A stretch of DNA of 64,000 bases from an uncultured bacterium (GTDB lineage Bacteria; Planctomycetota; UBA1135; GCA-002686595). The translations under genes were made by a program, and so were the position numbers. Where the stretch lies: assembly GCA_943787795.1 (NCBI GenBank), contig CALSNU010000003.1, positions 32,001 to 96,000 on the forward strand. The letters are read 5' to 3'. The notes beneath the pieces were generated by a model that was not told the DNA's origin, ran no database searches, and worked only from the letters and a program-made list of their open reading frames with translations. This document shows positions 47,369 to 57,051 of this stretch, piece by piece (the first letter of the stretch is position 1; each line of letters starts with the position of its first letter).

Positions 47369-47519
47369 CCGCACGGGCGGCCCTCGCGGCCGGAATCGTC
47401 GGCGGAAGCCGGCCGGTGGCGGGCTCTCCGATCGGACTTCCTTCGCAAGCTCAGGCCTCGGCCTTGTTCCGGCCCCGGGCATGGGATAGACCAGGGGTCC
47501 GCACGCCCCCGGAGGGACC

Positions 47520-47825
47520 ATGAATTCACAGCACAAACACGGAACTCACCTCGAGCGCCACCTGGCGCAACTCAAGCTCGTCTCGCGCCTCCTCGGCCAC
47601 GAGCTTCACTCCCAGGGCGGCGCCAAGGCCGTCGCGCTCTCTCGGGAGCAGGTGGTGGAGATGCAGGTCGCCCTCGACCTCTTCATCGAGGAAGCCACCA
47701 AGCGGATGGGCGGCCGCTCTGGCGGGAACTTCGGCCCGCAGGCCGTCTCCGAGGGGACGAGCGCCGTTCCGATCGAGGTCCCCGGGGCCGCGATCGACAC
47801 TCAGCTCGCCCCGACGCGGAACTGA
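47520..47825 (+). CDS. Small hypothetical protein
   Basis: GGAGGG RBS before ATG; GC3-biased codons; helical-looking sequence. Confidence 0.7.
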   Translation: MNSQHKHGTHLERHLAQLKLVSRLLGHELHSQGGAKAVALSREQVVEMQVALDLFIEEATKRMGGRSGGNFGPQAVSEGTSAVPIEVPGAAIDTQLAPTRN

Positions 47826-47879
47826 GCGGGGACCGAGCACGGCGCGGGCGACCGGAGCCGCGCTCGTCCCCCGGGACCG

Positions 47880-48881
47880 TTGATCGATCACTCGCCGCTT
47901 CGGAACACGCACGCATCGCGCCCGGCCGGGGGCGAGGGGGTGACGTGGAGTTCCGAGGCCGGACGAGTCCCCGCGTGGGTGCCCCTCGCGCTGCTCTTCC
48001 TGTCGCTGATCTTCGGCCTCCGGTGGCTTGAGGCGGACGCCCGCGATCGCGGGCTGGCCCGCATCGACGTCACCCGCTACGGCCTCAAGACCGACGCGCC
48101 CTGGCTCAACGACGAGTGGTACGAGGCCCTGGAGCAGCTCTTGCTCGAGGCCGAGTCCGTGGACGCGGATGATCAGGAGGCCATCGCCGAGCTCGCCTCC
48201 CAGGTGGAGGCGCTGCCCTTCATCGAGGCCGTGGGCCCGCCGAGCGTCCGCTGGCCCGACGGGCTGAACCTGCCCGTTCGGCTCCGGGAGCCCGTGGCCT
48301 GCGTTCGCGTGGGGGGGCGAGACTTCCTGCCCGTCTCGAGCGACGGGACCGTCCTCGGTGGGTACTCGATCACGCCGCACCTGGCCTACGGCGGCTGGTT
48401 GCCTGCCCTGGGCCCCCTCGACCTCCTCGATCGCGAGCAGGGGCAGGTTCGCCCTGGCGACAAGCTCAGCGTCCCCGAGCTCCTCGCGGCGCTCGACGTC
48501 GCGGACTCCATGTGGAGGCACCTGGGGCCCGACGATCTTCGAGAGCTGGGGAGGGTCGTGATCGACGCCTCGGCCGCCGATGCGCCCATCTTCGACCGGG
48601 AGGGAGGATCCGTGTCACCCCGGCGGCTCCCTGGCGGGGTGGTGATCGAATTGGAGGAGGGGCGGCGCGTGTTCTTCGGGCGCCCGCCGCATCCGCTTCA
48701 CGAGGGCGAGCTGCCGGTGAACTTCAAGTGGGGCCACCTGCGCTTGGCGCTCGGCCGAGGGCTGGAGGGCGACGATTGGCGGCTGCTCGACGCGCGCTTC
48801 GACCGTCCGGTGCTCCTCTCCGAGGCCGACGTGCTCGACTTCAAGGCTCGTTGGGAAGGAAGCCCGGAAGGGGGCCGTTGA
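47880..48881 (+). CDS. FtsQ/DivIB-like bitopic protein
   Basis: Single TM, then POTRA-like LPFIEAV...VRWPDGL.LPVRLREPVACV...VSSDGTVL and C-terminal D.RF; start 47880 or 47940. Confidence 0.6.
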   Translation: MIDHSPLRNTHASRPAGGEGVTWSSEAGRVPAWVPLALLFLSLIFGLRWLEADARDRGLARIDVTRYGLKTDAPWLNDEWYEALEQLLLEAESVDADDQEAIAELASQVEALPFIEAVGPPSVRWPDGLNLPVRLREPVACVRVGGRDFLPVSSDGTVLGGYSITPHLAYGGWLPALGPLDLLDREQGQVRPGDKLSVPELLAALDVADSMWRHLGPDDLRELGRVVIDASAADAPIFDREGGSVSPRRLPGGVVIELEEGRRVFFGRPPHPLHEGELPVNFKWGHLRLALGRGLEGDDWRLLDARFDRPVLLSEADVLDFKARWEGSPEGGR

Positions 48882-50632
48882 GCCCGCGGGGAGGGCCAGG
48901 GGCCGCGCCAGAGGCAGGGGCCGCGCACGCTGGCGCGGGAGGGTTCATTCTCCGCGCTCTCCTGTTCGGGGTGATCGCCACGGTCGTGCTCACGGCCCCG
49001 GAGGCCCTCGGGCTTGACCTGGCTCCCTGGCGGGGGATCGACGGCGCTCTCGTGCTGCTGTTGCTGGCGGGTGTCGGCTGCTTCGGATGGCCGCCAACGG
49101 CCCGAACCACCCTCGCCCGGAGCGGGCTCGATCTCACGGTGGCGGCCGCCTCGGTGGGGCTTTTCGCTGTCCTCGCGGCGTCCGCCGCTGGCGTCGGCTT
49201 GGCGGGAGGCCCCGGGCCCCCCGCAGCCTCTGTCGCAAGCGGAGCAAGCGGCGTGTCTGGCGCCGGGGGAGCGTTGGCACTGGGCGGGGCCGCGGCCGCG
49301 CTCGTGCTCGCCGGGAGGCTCGGGGGGTGGCCCGGAGCCGCGGCCGCCGTGGCGTTTGCCGCGCTGGTGGGCTCGCTCGGAGCCGGAGGGGCTGAGCCCC
49401 AACCGCTGGCCCACGGCCCGGCGTTGGAGCTGCTGCCCGTGACCCTTGAGTTGGAGGGGCCGCTGGATTCAGGGGAGGTGCGCATCGGCGATGCTCCCCC
49501 GATGGAGATCCGCGCAGCGCTCGGTCAGGGGGCCACGCGTCGTCTGTTGGCCTGGCTTCCAGCCCCCGTTGACAGGGCCCCGGGGCCCGTCGCCCTGGAG
49601 GTGGGCGGGGTCCTGCCGCCGGGACCGGGGTCGCGCGTCCGCGCCGAGGTGGTTCCCCCGTGGTCGCCGCCCCCCTCGCTCGCCGCCCGCCCGCGGCCGC
49701 CCGTGCCCCGCGAATGGCGCCGCGCGCCGCCGACGTCTGGGCTCCTGGTGGCCTGGGGCGGCCTCTTCTGCCTCCTCGGCGCCTGGGCGCGGCTCCGTGC
49801 GCGCAGGCCCCGGTCGGGCGCCATCACCGGGTCGGTGCTCGGGTGCCTCCTGACCCTTGGCCTCGCGGGGCTCTCGTTTCCGCTCGACGGGGGCAGGAGG
49901 CCAGCGATCCTGGGTGGCGGTGCGCCGGGGGCACCCTGCGTCCGAGTCCTCGAGGGGGCCGCCGGGAGTGATGCCTGGCTACAGATCGACCGCGTGAGGC
50001 GGCGACTTGTGATCGAGGGGCTGGACTCGCTTCGGGCCGCGATTCAGCTGTGGGGCAGCGGACTTCGGCGATGCTCACTCGACGCGACGGTTCCCGGCGG
50101 CCGGCTCGAGCTGGTCCTCGATGAGGGGGTCATCGCGGATCTGTTGCGGCCCCTCGACCCGGGGCTGAGGGTGCTGAGGCCCGAGCTCAACGGCTGGGGC
50201 GACATGGACCCTGCGTGGATCCGCGAGGAGCCTCTCGGGTGGCGAGCCCTGAGCTCCCGGGGTCCGTGGGGCGTCGGGGATGGCGGGGCTCCCGCGCCTC
50301 CTGCCGGCGGAGCGGATCGGCTCTCCTCGCCGGCTGCGGGGCCTGGAGGGCGGTCGGCGGGCCTCCCCGCTTGGGCCCACGGAGGGCCCGGTGGGGGGCC
50401 CGGTGGGGGGCCCGGTGGAGGGCCCGCTGGAGGGCCTGTCCGAGGGCCTGATGGGGGAATGGGAGGTGCCGACTGGGTGATCCTGGGGCGGCTGTCAGGC
50501 GAGGGCTATCGGGGCCTGGAGGGGCCCGGGACGGGCCACCCTGGGGGGAGTGCGGGCCCGGAGGACCCCGGTGAGCGGGGCGCCGAGGTCTGGCTCCGGC
50601 TCACCGGAGGGGCTCCATCGACGGGCCGATGA
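48878..50632 (+). CDS. Gly/Ala/Pro-rich hypothetical membrane protein
   Basis: TTG overlapping the upstream TGA; several hydrophobic segments; fills the gap to rplM. Confidence 0.5.
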   Translation: MSPRGGPGAAPEAGAAHAGAGGFILRALLFGVIATVVLTAPEALGLDLAPWRGIDGALVLLLLAGVGCFGWPPTARTTLARSGLDLTVAAASVGLFAVLAASAAGVGLAGGPGPPAASVASGASGVSGAGGALALGGAAAALVLAGRLGGWPGAAAAVAFAALVGSLGAGGAEPQPLAHGPALELLPVTLELEGPLDSGEVRIGDAPPMEIRAALGQGATRRLLAWLPAPVDRAPGPVALEVGGVLPPGPGSRVRAEVVPPWSPPPSLAARPRPPVPREWRRAPPTSGLLVAWGGLFCLLGAWARLRARRPRSGAITGSVLGCLLTLGLAGLSFPLDGGRRPAILGGGAPGAPCVRVLEGAAGSDAWLQIDRVRRRLVIEGLDSLRAAIQLWGSGLRRCSLDATVPGGRLELVLDEGVIADLLRPLDPGLRVLRPELNGWGDMDPAWIREEPLGWRALSSRGPWGVGDGGAPAPPAGGADRLSSPAAGPGGRSAGLPAWAHGGPGGGPGGGPGGGPAGGPVRGPDGGMGGADWVILGRLSGEGYRGLEGPGTGHPGGSAGPEDPGERGAEVWLRLTGGAPSTGR

Positions 50633-50856
50633 CCCGGTTCAGGCCCGAAGGCCCGTGGAGGAATCGCCCCTCGACCGTTGCGGCGGAGTGGCCGGGCCTC
50701 TAATCTTCTCGCCCTCGCGCTGCGCCGAGACCTCTGTCCCGGCGTCGTGCTACGCGTCTGGCGGCCCCCGCCAGCGCCGTCCAAAGAGGACGGCTGCCCT
50801 CCGGTAGTCGCCTCTCCAGGGCCCCCCGCGCCGCTCACGATGCGGCCACGCGACCC

Positions 50857-51288
50857 ATGACCACCACACACGTACGACGCGACGACGTCGAGGAGCGCTG
50901 GCTCCTCTTTGACGCCACCGAGAACAACCTTGGCCGCATGGCAGCCAAGATCGCCACCGTCCTTCAAGGGAAGGACCGTCCGACCTGGACCCCGAGCGAG
51001 CGCACGGGTGCCCACGTTGTGGTGATCAACGGTGCGAGCCCGAAGCTCTCCGGCTCCAAGGGCACCGAAAAGATCTACCGGCACTACTCGGGGTACCCCG
51101 ATGGACAGAAGCACGTCGCGATCGAGAAGGTCGCCGAGCGTCGTGCGGCTGACATCGTCACCCTCGCCGTGCGCCGGATGCTCCCGAAGACCCGCCTGGG
51201 CCGGGACCTCCTCCGTAACCTCAAGGTCTACGCTGGCGAAGAGCACCCGCACGGGGCTCAGCAGCCGGTGAAGGTCGACACCCTCTGA
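50857..51288 (+). CDS. rplM: 50S ribosomal protein L13
   Basis: W..FDA...LGR.A, GKDRPTWTP, HYSGYPDG, AVRRMLPK.RLGR, HPHGAQQP. Confidence 0.98.
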   Translation: MTTTHVRRDDVEERWLLFDATENNLGRMAAKIATVLQGKDRPTWTPSERTGAHVVVINGASPKLSGSKGTEKIYRHYSGYPDGQKHVAIEKVAERRAADIVTLAVRRMLPKTRLGRDLLRNLKVYAGEEHPHGAQQPVKVDTL

Positions 51289-51306
51289 TCCAAGGACCAG
51301 ATTCCA

Positions 51307-51705
51307 ATGGCAGTCAACAATCCCTGGACCTGGGGCCTCGGTCGCCGCAAGACCGCAATCGCCCGCGTCCGTCTCAAGCCCGGTGCCGGTGGCTTTGTCG
51401 TCAACGGCAAGCCGATGGACCAGTACTTCGTCACCACCCAGTCGCGTCAGCGTGCAGGTCAACCCCTGGCCGCCACGGGCTCGGCGGGTCAGTACGACGT
51501 CTTCTGCAACGTGAACGGCGGCGGCCCCACGGGACAGAGCGAGGCCGTCTCGCTCGGCATCGCCCGCGCGCTGAAGACCATCAACCCGGCGTCCTTCGAC
51601 GCTCTGCGTGAGGAGGGTCTGCTGACCCGCGACTCGCGCATGAAGGAGCGGAAGAAGTACGGTCGTCGCGGCGCCCGTCGCGGCTTCCAGTTCTCGAAGC
51701 GCTGA
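51307..51705 (+). CDS. rpsI: 30S ribosomal protein S9
   Basis: GRRKTAIARV, GGGPTGQ, LTRDSRMKERKKYG, QFSKR. Confidence 0.98.
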   Translation: MAVNNPWTWGLGRRKTAIARVRLKPGAGGFVVNGKPMDQYFVTTQSRQRAGQPLAATGSAGQYDVFCNVNGGGPTGQSEAVSLGIARALKTINPASFDALREEGLLTRDSRMKERKKYGRRGARRGFQFSKR

Positions 51706-51739
51706 TCTGCGTCGCGTCCCGCTGGACGCTCCGCCTCCC

Positions 51740-51808
51740 CACGCCCGCCCCTGCGCGAGCTCTGGCCTTCGGGTTGGGCTTCCCGCGGAGGCGGGCGTGA
51801 CCGTTTTG
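51740..51808 (+). terminator. Long cUUCGg-capped hairpin after rpsI
   Basis: CACGCCCGCC/GGCGGGCGTG base stem, TTCG loop, short T run downstream. Confidence 0.5.
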
Positions 51809-51902
51809 ATCCCATCGGGAGTGCTGCACTCCTCTCCCGCTATCATCTGGGGACCTGGCGCACCGGCGCCAGTCTCCCTCCGACCCCAATCCTCTCCGAG
51901 CG

Positions 51903-52688
51903 ATGGCAGGCCACTCTCACGCATCGAACGTCAAGCACCGCAAGAACGCGGTGGACGCCAAGCGAGCCAAGATCTTCAGCAAGCTGGCCCGGAACATCAT
52001 CTCGGCGGTTCGCCAGGGCGGTGCCGAGGCGGACACGAACATCAAGCTGAAGTACGCGGTGGAGAAGGCGCGGGCAGCCAACATGCCCAAGGACAACATC
52101 CTGCGCGCGATCAAGCGTGGGGCGGGGTCCAAGGACGGCGACGATTTCGAGGAGCTCATGTACGAGGGGTACGCCCCCGGGGGCGTCGCGCTCCTGATCT
52201 CGTGCCTGACCGACAACCGCAATCGCACCGCTCCGGACGTCAAGTTCGCGCTCGAGCGCGGTGGCGGCAACATGGGCACCAGCGGGTCGGTGTCGTTCAT
52301 GTTCGACTTCCGGTCCATCTTCGTGGTGGACATGACCGGAGAGCAGGCGGCGGACGACTTCGACGGCAAGGCGCTGGACGAGGAGGGGCTCATGGAGGTC
52401 GCCCTCGAGGGAGGCGCGGATGACGTGCTCGTCGAGGGCGACGTGGCCACGGTGTTCGCCGGCGCGACCGACTTCCTCGACGCGAAGACCGCCCTCGAGG
52501 CCGGGGGCGCCGTGCTCCTCTCGGCGGAGACGGGATACGTCCCTCAGAACACGATCGAGGTGGCCTCGAAGTCGGACGCCGAGAAGATCCTGAAGCTCAT
52601 CGACCGCCTCGAGGACAACGAGGACGTCCAGAACGTCTACGCGAACTACGACATCCCGGAAGAGTGGATGGAAGAGCTCGCCGGTTGA
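51903..52688 (+). CDS. yebC: YebC/PmpR family protein
   Basis: MAGHSH, NMPKDNI.RAI, YEGYAPGGVA, TDNRNRT, GSVSFMF, DVQNVYAN. Confidence 0.97.
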   Translation: MAGHSHASNVKHRKNAVDAKRAKIFSKLARNIISAVRQGGAEADTNIKLKYAVEKARAANMPKDNILRAIKRGAGSKDGDDFEELMYEGYAPGGVALLISCLTDNRNRTAPDVKFALERGGGNMGTSGSVSFMFDFRSIFVVDMTGEQAADDFDGKALDEEGLMEVALEGGADDVLVEGDVATVFAGATDFLDAKTALEAGGAVLLSAETGYVPQNTIEVASKSDAEKILKLIDRLEDNEDVQNVYANYDIPEEWMEELAG

Positions 52689-53264
52689 GCTGCTCGTTCG
52701 GCTCGCCAGCCGGGGCCGTCTGTGGCCCGTCTGTGGCCTCGGCGTGCTGACCCGTTGAGCTGAGCTGGCTGTCGGGCTGGGCTCATCGTCGGGCTGAGCC
52801 CACCGTTTGGCCGAGCTCAAAGATGGGCCGAGCTCACAGGCGAGGTGCTCCCGCTGGGCTCTTCGGGAGGGCCTGCCGGGCGGGGAGGGCCAGCCCGCGA
52901 TGCTCGCCCGGGATGCCGGTGGTCGCAGAGGAGAGGGCGCCATCGTCTGCGCTGGGTGCCGTCGCACCGTCTTGGATCCGGAGGTACCTGACCCGAAGGG
53001 CCCGATCAGAGAGCCCGGCTCCGCGGGCGCGGCGCCGATCACCCCGCGCCCAAAGCCCGGCGCCGAAAGCCCCCGCTGAAAGGGCCGACCTCCGGGCCGA
53101 CCTCCGGCCCGCGGGATGGGCCCATGGGCACGGTCCCGGATTCAGCCCCGTGCCGTTTGAATCCGAGGGGTCAGATCTGCACCCTCGTCCAAGAGCGGGC
53201 ACCGGCCCCGCAACGAGACCCCAGATCGCCCCTTCGAAAGGGGGGCCCTGCCACGACATCTCCC

Positions 53265-54272
53265 ATGGGCGACGGCCTCCGTTCCATTCGAATCGCGACC
53301 CACGATGACTCCGTGCTGGCCTCGGCCAGGGCGGCCATCGAGTCCTCCTCACTGAGGGACGACGCCCTCGCTGGGTGGAGTGTTGCCCACGTGGAGAACT
53401 GGAGGGAGCTCATCGAGGCGCCCCCGGCTCCGGGGGACGTGGTCATCGTCGACGCCTGGATGCGGACGACGGGGCCGGACGACCGCAACGTCTACGAGGT
53501 CCTGCGCCAGCTGTCGGGTCGGACGCGCTGCCGTACGTTCCTGCTCGTCGATCAGAACAACGCCGAGGCGCAGTCCATCGCGCGCTTCTGCGGCGCGACC
53601 GGATCGCTCTCGCGGCCCATCAGCGCGAGCAAGCTGACGTCGCTCCTGGGCCTCAACGGCGGGCCGCGTCCGATGCTGCCCGCCCAGGACCGGGGGGCCA
53701 CGCGAGAGGACCAGCTCCCCGAGGCGCTGCTGGAGACCCTCGTCACCGGCGCGGCCTTCTCGAACACTGCGCCGCCCCAGCGAGAGACCCGAGACGACGC
53801 CCTGCTCAAGGCGGTCATCGACCCCGTGACGGGCCTCTTCAACTTCTCCTTCCTCTCCTACAAGCTCGACGAGGAATTCAAGCGCGCCCGACGTTTCCAC
53901 GCGCCGCTGGCCTGCGCCATGCTCGGCTTCGAGAGCCAGGCCTCCGACGACGTCCTGCGCGAGCTGGCCGCGATCTTCCTCGACGCCTCCCGCGACACCG
54001 ATGTGCTGGGGCGCTTCGACGAGAACTCCTTCCTCTTCCTCCTCCCGAACACGGGACCGGACGGTGCGGAGATCATGGCGCGACGCGTGGCGGACAGCGC
54101 CGATGAGCGCCGCTTGCTCGACCTGGTGGGCGACCGCATCGACATCGCCATCGGGATCGGGAACTACCCGAGCCCTGACATCGACCAGCGCGAGGACCTC
54201 TACGGCGCAGCCCGCGAGGCGTTCCTTGAGGCGCGCGAGGCGGGCGGTGGCATCGTCGTCTCCGCGCTCTGA
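53265..54272 (+). CDS. Pseudo-receiver plus degenerate GGDEF-domain protein
   Basis: DPVTGLFN, EEFKRARR, RDTD (I-site) VLGRF-DENSF in place of GGDEF, FLLPNT; start ATG 53265. Confidence 0.8.
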   Translation: MGDGLRSIRIATHDDSVLASARAAIESSSLRDDALAGWSVAHVENWRELIEAPPAPGDVVIVDAWMRTTGPDDRNVYEVLRQLSGRTRCRTFLLVDQNNAEAQSIARFCGATGSLSRPISASKLTSLLGLNGGPRPMLPAQDRGATREDQLPEALLETLVTGAAFSNTAPPQRETRDDALLKAVIDPVTGLFNFSFLSYKLDEEFKRARRFHAPLACAMLGFESQASDDVLRELAAIFLDASRDTDVLGRFDENSFLFLLPNTGPDGAEIMARRVADSADERRLLDLVGDRIDIAIGIGNYPSPDIDQREDLYGAAREAFLEAREAGGGIVVSAL

Positions 54273-54295
54273 GCTCCGCGCTCTGGGATCACCCC

Positions 54296-54360
54296 GCTGA
54301 GTCACTGCTGCTGAGTGACTGCCGCTGAGTCACTGCTGCTGAGTGACTCCCGCTGAGTGG
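54296..54360. repeat. 14-bp tandem array with alternating A/B units (GCTGAGTCACTGCT / GCTGAGTGACTGCC)
   Basis: Read directly; the cores AGTCACT and AGTGACT are reverse complements. Confidence 0.85.
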
Positions 54361-54685
54361 CTCCAGTAGAGGAGGTTGCGCTGAGCGCAGGCCGCCTCGA
54401 TGAGGGGGCTAGCGTGAGGCACGCCGGGAGGTGGGGCTCCCGCAGTCTCGGCTTCGAGGCGGCGAGCCTCGGCGCTGCTCCATCCTCGGGCCGACGCGCC
54501 GCTCCCGCGGCCCGAAGCTCCTGAGGTTAGGGCACGGCCACAGAGCTCCGGTCCCCGAGCGGGTGCCGCAGCCATGATCCCGTACTCGAATTGGGCCGGG
54601 AGACGGCCGAGGAGGCGGGACTTCCGGCCGGCGCGTGCTTGCGCGTCGCGTTCGGGCTCCTTCCCCGCTAGCCTCGTCTCCTGAC

Positions 54686-56083
54686 ATGGATTGGGAGGCG
54701 TTCTACAACTCGTTCCGGCGGCCGGACTTTGTCCCGGGCTACGAGATCGAGAACCGCCTCGGCGGGGGCGCCTTCGGGGATGTGTACAAGGCGCGGAAGA
54801 CCTCCATCGGGAAGGCGTATGCCATCAAGTTCCTGAAGGTGGACGACGACGATCAGCGCGCCGCCGTGGAGCGAGAACTCGACCTCGCCAGCAGCTTCGC
54901 GTCGATCGATCACCCCAACCTGGTCACGATCGAAGACCTGGGGTCGGTGATGGGGGTGCCGTACCTGATCATGGGCTACGCCGGGGAGGAGACCCTGGCG
55001 CGACGGCTGAAGGAGGGGCGGCCGACGATGGCAGAGGCGCTGCGCCATGTGACCCAGGCCGCGCGGGGCCTGGTCGCGCTGCATGAGCGCCAGATCGTTC
55101 ACTTCGACCTGAAGCCCAGCAACATCTTCATCCGCGGAGAGAACGCGCGCCTTGGGGATTACGGGCTCTCGAAGCTCCTCGAGGGCGGGCGCATGACGCT
55201 GACCTTCGGGCGGGGCACGCCGCTGTACATGGCGCCGGAGATGCTCGTGCAGCGGGCGGACCACCGGGCGGACCTCTACAGCCTCGGCGTCATCCTCTAC
55301 GAGTCCCTGGTGGGACGAGTGCCGTTCCCGGGCAGCGCCGGCGGCGCGTTCGTGGTCCGCGACCACGACGACCCCCCCGAGTTCCCCGAGGGCTTCCCGG
55401 CGGTCGCGCTAGAGGCCACGAGGGCCTGCTTGCGTCTCGACCCGGATGACCGGCCCGAGAGCGTGCGGGAGGTGCTCGGGATGCTCGGCCAATCCGCGCT
55501 GGCTGGAGACGAGATCTCCTTCGAGGTGCCCCGCCTGACGGTCGGAAGCGGCCCCTCGACGAGCCTCAAGCCGGAGGCTAGACCGCTCGTTCGCTCGCTC
55601 CTCGATGGCGGGTTCGAGGTCGACGATGGGGCCGCGGGATCCGGTGGCCAGGCGGCGGCTGGGTCAGGGGCGGGGCGCGGCCCAGCGAGCCGTGCCCGCG
55701 CGCTGGTCGCGGAGCTGGCGGCCGAGTCGAAGGGCGTCGCCGGGGCGGAGGAGGACGCGCTCAAGGAGACCTCCGCGGTCTCTGTCCCCGCCGTGATCCC
55801 CGTCCCTCCGCGCGTGAGTGGTGGACTCGCGGGCACGCTCGCCGAGACCAATCGCGTCGCCTTTGACGTCTTTGTGGGCTCGGTTGTGGCCGTCATGCGG
55901 GGTGTGCTGGCGGGCTACCGCTCTGTCTCCGACCAGCTCGTCCGGAGCCGGCAGGGCGGCTGGTTGGGAAGGACGTCTCGCTTTGCCCTCTTCCTCCTCC
56001 TGATGGCGACCATCGGGTTCGGAGCCACGCTACTCGGCCTGCTGGGGATCAACGCGGTGGAGCAGCTGGGGTGGGGGTCATGA
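54686..56083 (+). CDS. Hanks-type Ser/Thr protein kinase with C-terminal TM helix
   Basis: LGGGAFGDVY, AIK, HFDLKPSN, DYG, GTPLYMAPE, DLYSLG; start ATG 54686. Confidence 0.93.
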   Translation: MDWEAFYNSFRRPDFVPGYEIENRLGGGAFGDVYKARKTSIGKAYAIKFLKVDDDDQRAAVERELDLASSFASIDHPNLVTIEDLGSVMGVPYLIMGYAGEETLARRLKEGRPTMAEALRHVTQAARGLVALHERQIVHFDLKPSNIFIRGENARLGDYGLSKLLEGGRMTLTFGRGTPLYMAPEMLVQRADHRADLYSLGVILYESLVGRVPFPGSAGGAFVVRDHDDPPEFPEGFPAVALEATRACLRLDPDDRPESVREVLGMLGQSALAGDEISFEVPRLTVGSGPSTSLKPEARPLVRSLLDGGFEVDDGAAGSGGQAAAGSGAGRGPASRARALVAELAAESKGVAGAEEDALKETSAVSVPAVIPVPPRVSGGLAGTLAETNRVAFDVFVGSVVAVMRGVLAGYRSVSDQLVRSRQGGWLGRTSRFALFLLLMATIGFGATLLGLLGINAVEQLGWGS

Positions 56084-56991
56084 CCGACGCGGACTGGGGC
56101 CCTGACTCCGCGCGGCTCGCCGCCTTCGACGAGGGGGAATGGGCTCGCGTCGAGGCCGCCTTCGCAGGGCGGCTGCTCTCCTATGTGTCCCGTCGCGTCG
56201 CTGACGTCGAGGCGCGGGAGGACATCGTGCAGGAGACGTTCCTCGGCGCGGTGCGGGGCATCGAGTCGTTCGACACCGCTTACAGCTTCGAGCAGTACCT
56301 CTTCGGGATCTGCCGGAATCGGACGATCGACCAGCTCCGGCGCCACGAGGTCCGGGGCCGGGGCGGCGAGGAGGACAGCGCCGCGGCGAGCCTCGATCTC
56401 GAGAGCCTCGCGACCGACGAGCAGACCCCCAGCCGGATCCTCCGGCGCACCGACCTCGCGGATCGCGGGCGGGACCTCCTGGCCGCGTCGCTTCAGGAGT
56501 GGGTCGAGCTGACCTGGTCTTCGGGGGAGATGACCCGGCTGATGGTCGTCGAGGGTCTGCTGCGCGGCGGCAAGCGGAACCGAGATCTCTGGGAGCCGCT
56601 CGGCCTCCGGGACGAGGTCTCGGTGGCGGGTATCAAGTTCCGTGCGCTGAAGAAGATCCGTGAGCTGCTCCTCGCCAAGGAGGGGGCCGAGGAGATCGGG
56701 GCCTCCCTCGACGGGCTGGCGGTGGAGGCTGACGCGCCCATGGACGTCCAGTCCGTATGGCGGGATCGGCGGGTGTCCTGCCCGTCGCGGCGCTGGATCG
56801 CGCGCTGGTTGGACGGGAGCCTGGAGCCTGGCCCGTCGCGCTTCATCGCCTTCCACATCGAGGAGCTGGGCTGCGAGTGGTGCGAGGCCAACCGCGATGA
56901 CCTCGTCGGTGCCCGCGAGCAGGGGCACGGTGAGGCCCTCGAGGCGGTCCAGGGGTCCTCGATCCGGTGGCTCCGGTCCCGCGCGAGGTGA
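56080..56991 (+). CDS. ECF sigma factor with fused C-terminal zinc-finger (ZAS-like) extension
   Basis: EDIVQETFL, SFEQYLFGICRNRTIDQLRR (region 2), HTH region 4, tail CPS...LDGSL...FHIEELGCEWC; ATGA overlap with the kinase. Confidence 0.85.
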   Translation: MTDADWGPDSARLAAFDEGEWARVEAAFAGRLLSYVSRRVADVEAREDIVQETFLGAVRGIESFDTAYSFEQYLFGICRNRTIDQLRRHEVRGRGGEEDSAAASLDLESLATDEQTPSRILRRTDLADRGRDLLAASLQEWVELTWSSGEMTRLMVVEGLLRGGKRNRDLWEPLGLRDEVSVAGIKFRALKKIRELLLAKEGAEEIGASLDGLAVEADAPMDVQSVWRDRRVSCPSRRWIARWLDGSLEPGPSRFIAFHIEELGCEWCEANRDDLVGAREQGHGEALEAVQGSSIRWLRSRAR

Positions 56992-57051
56992 ACCGGATCG
57001 CCCGGGGCGGCCTCGGTCCCCTCATGACTCGGACCGGGTAGGCTTCGAGCC

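Noticed and set aside
53228..53246. c-di-GMP-I riboswitch (GAAA-capped hairpin before the GGDEF gene)
   Set aside because: The flanking GGCAAAC and GACGCAAAGC consensus and the second stem are absent; only a simple hairpin.
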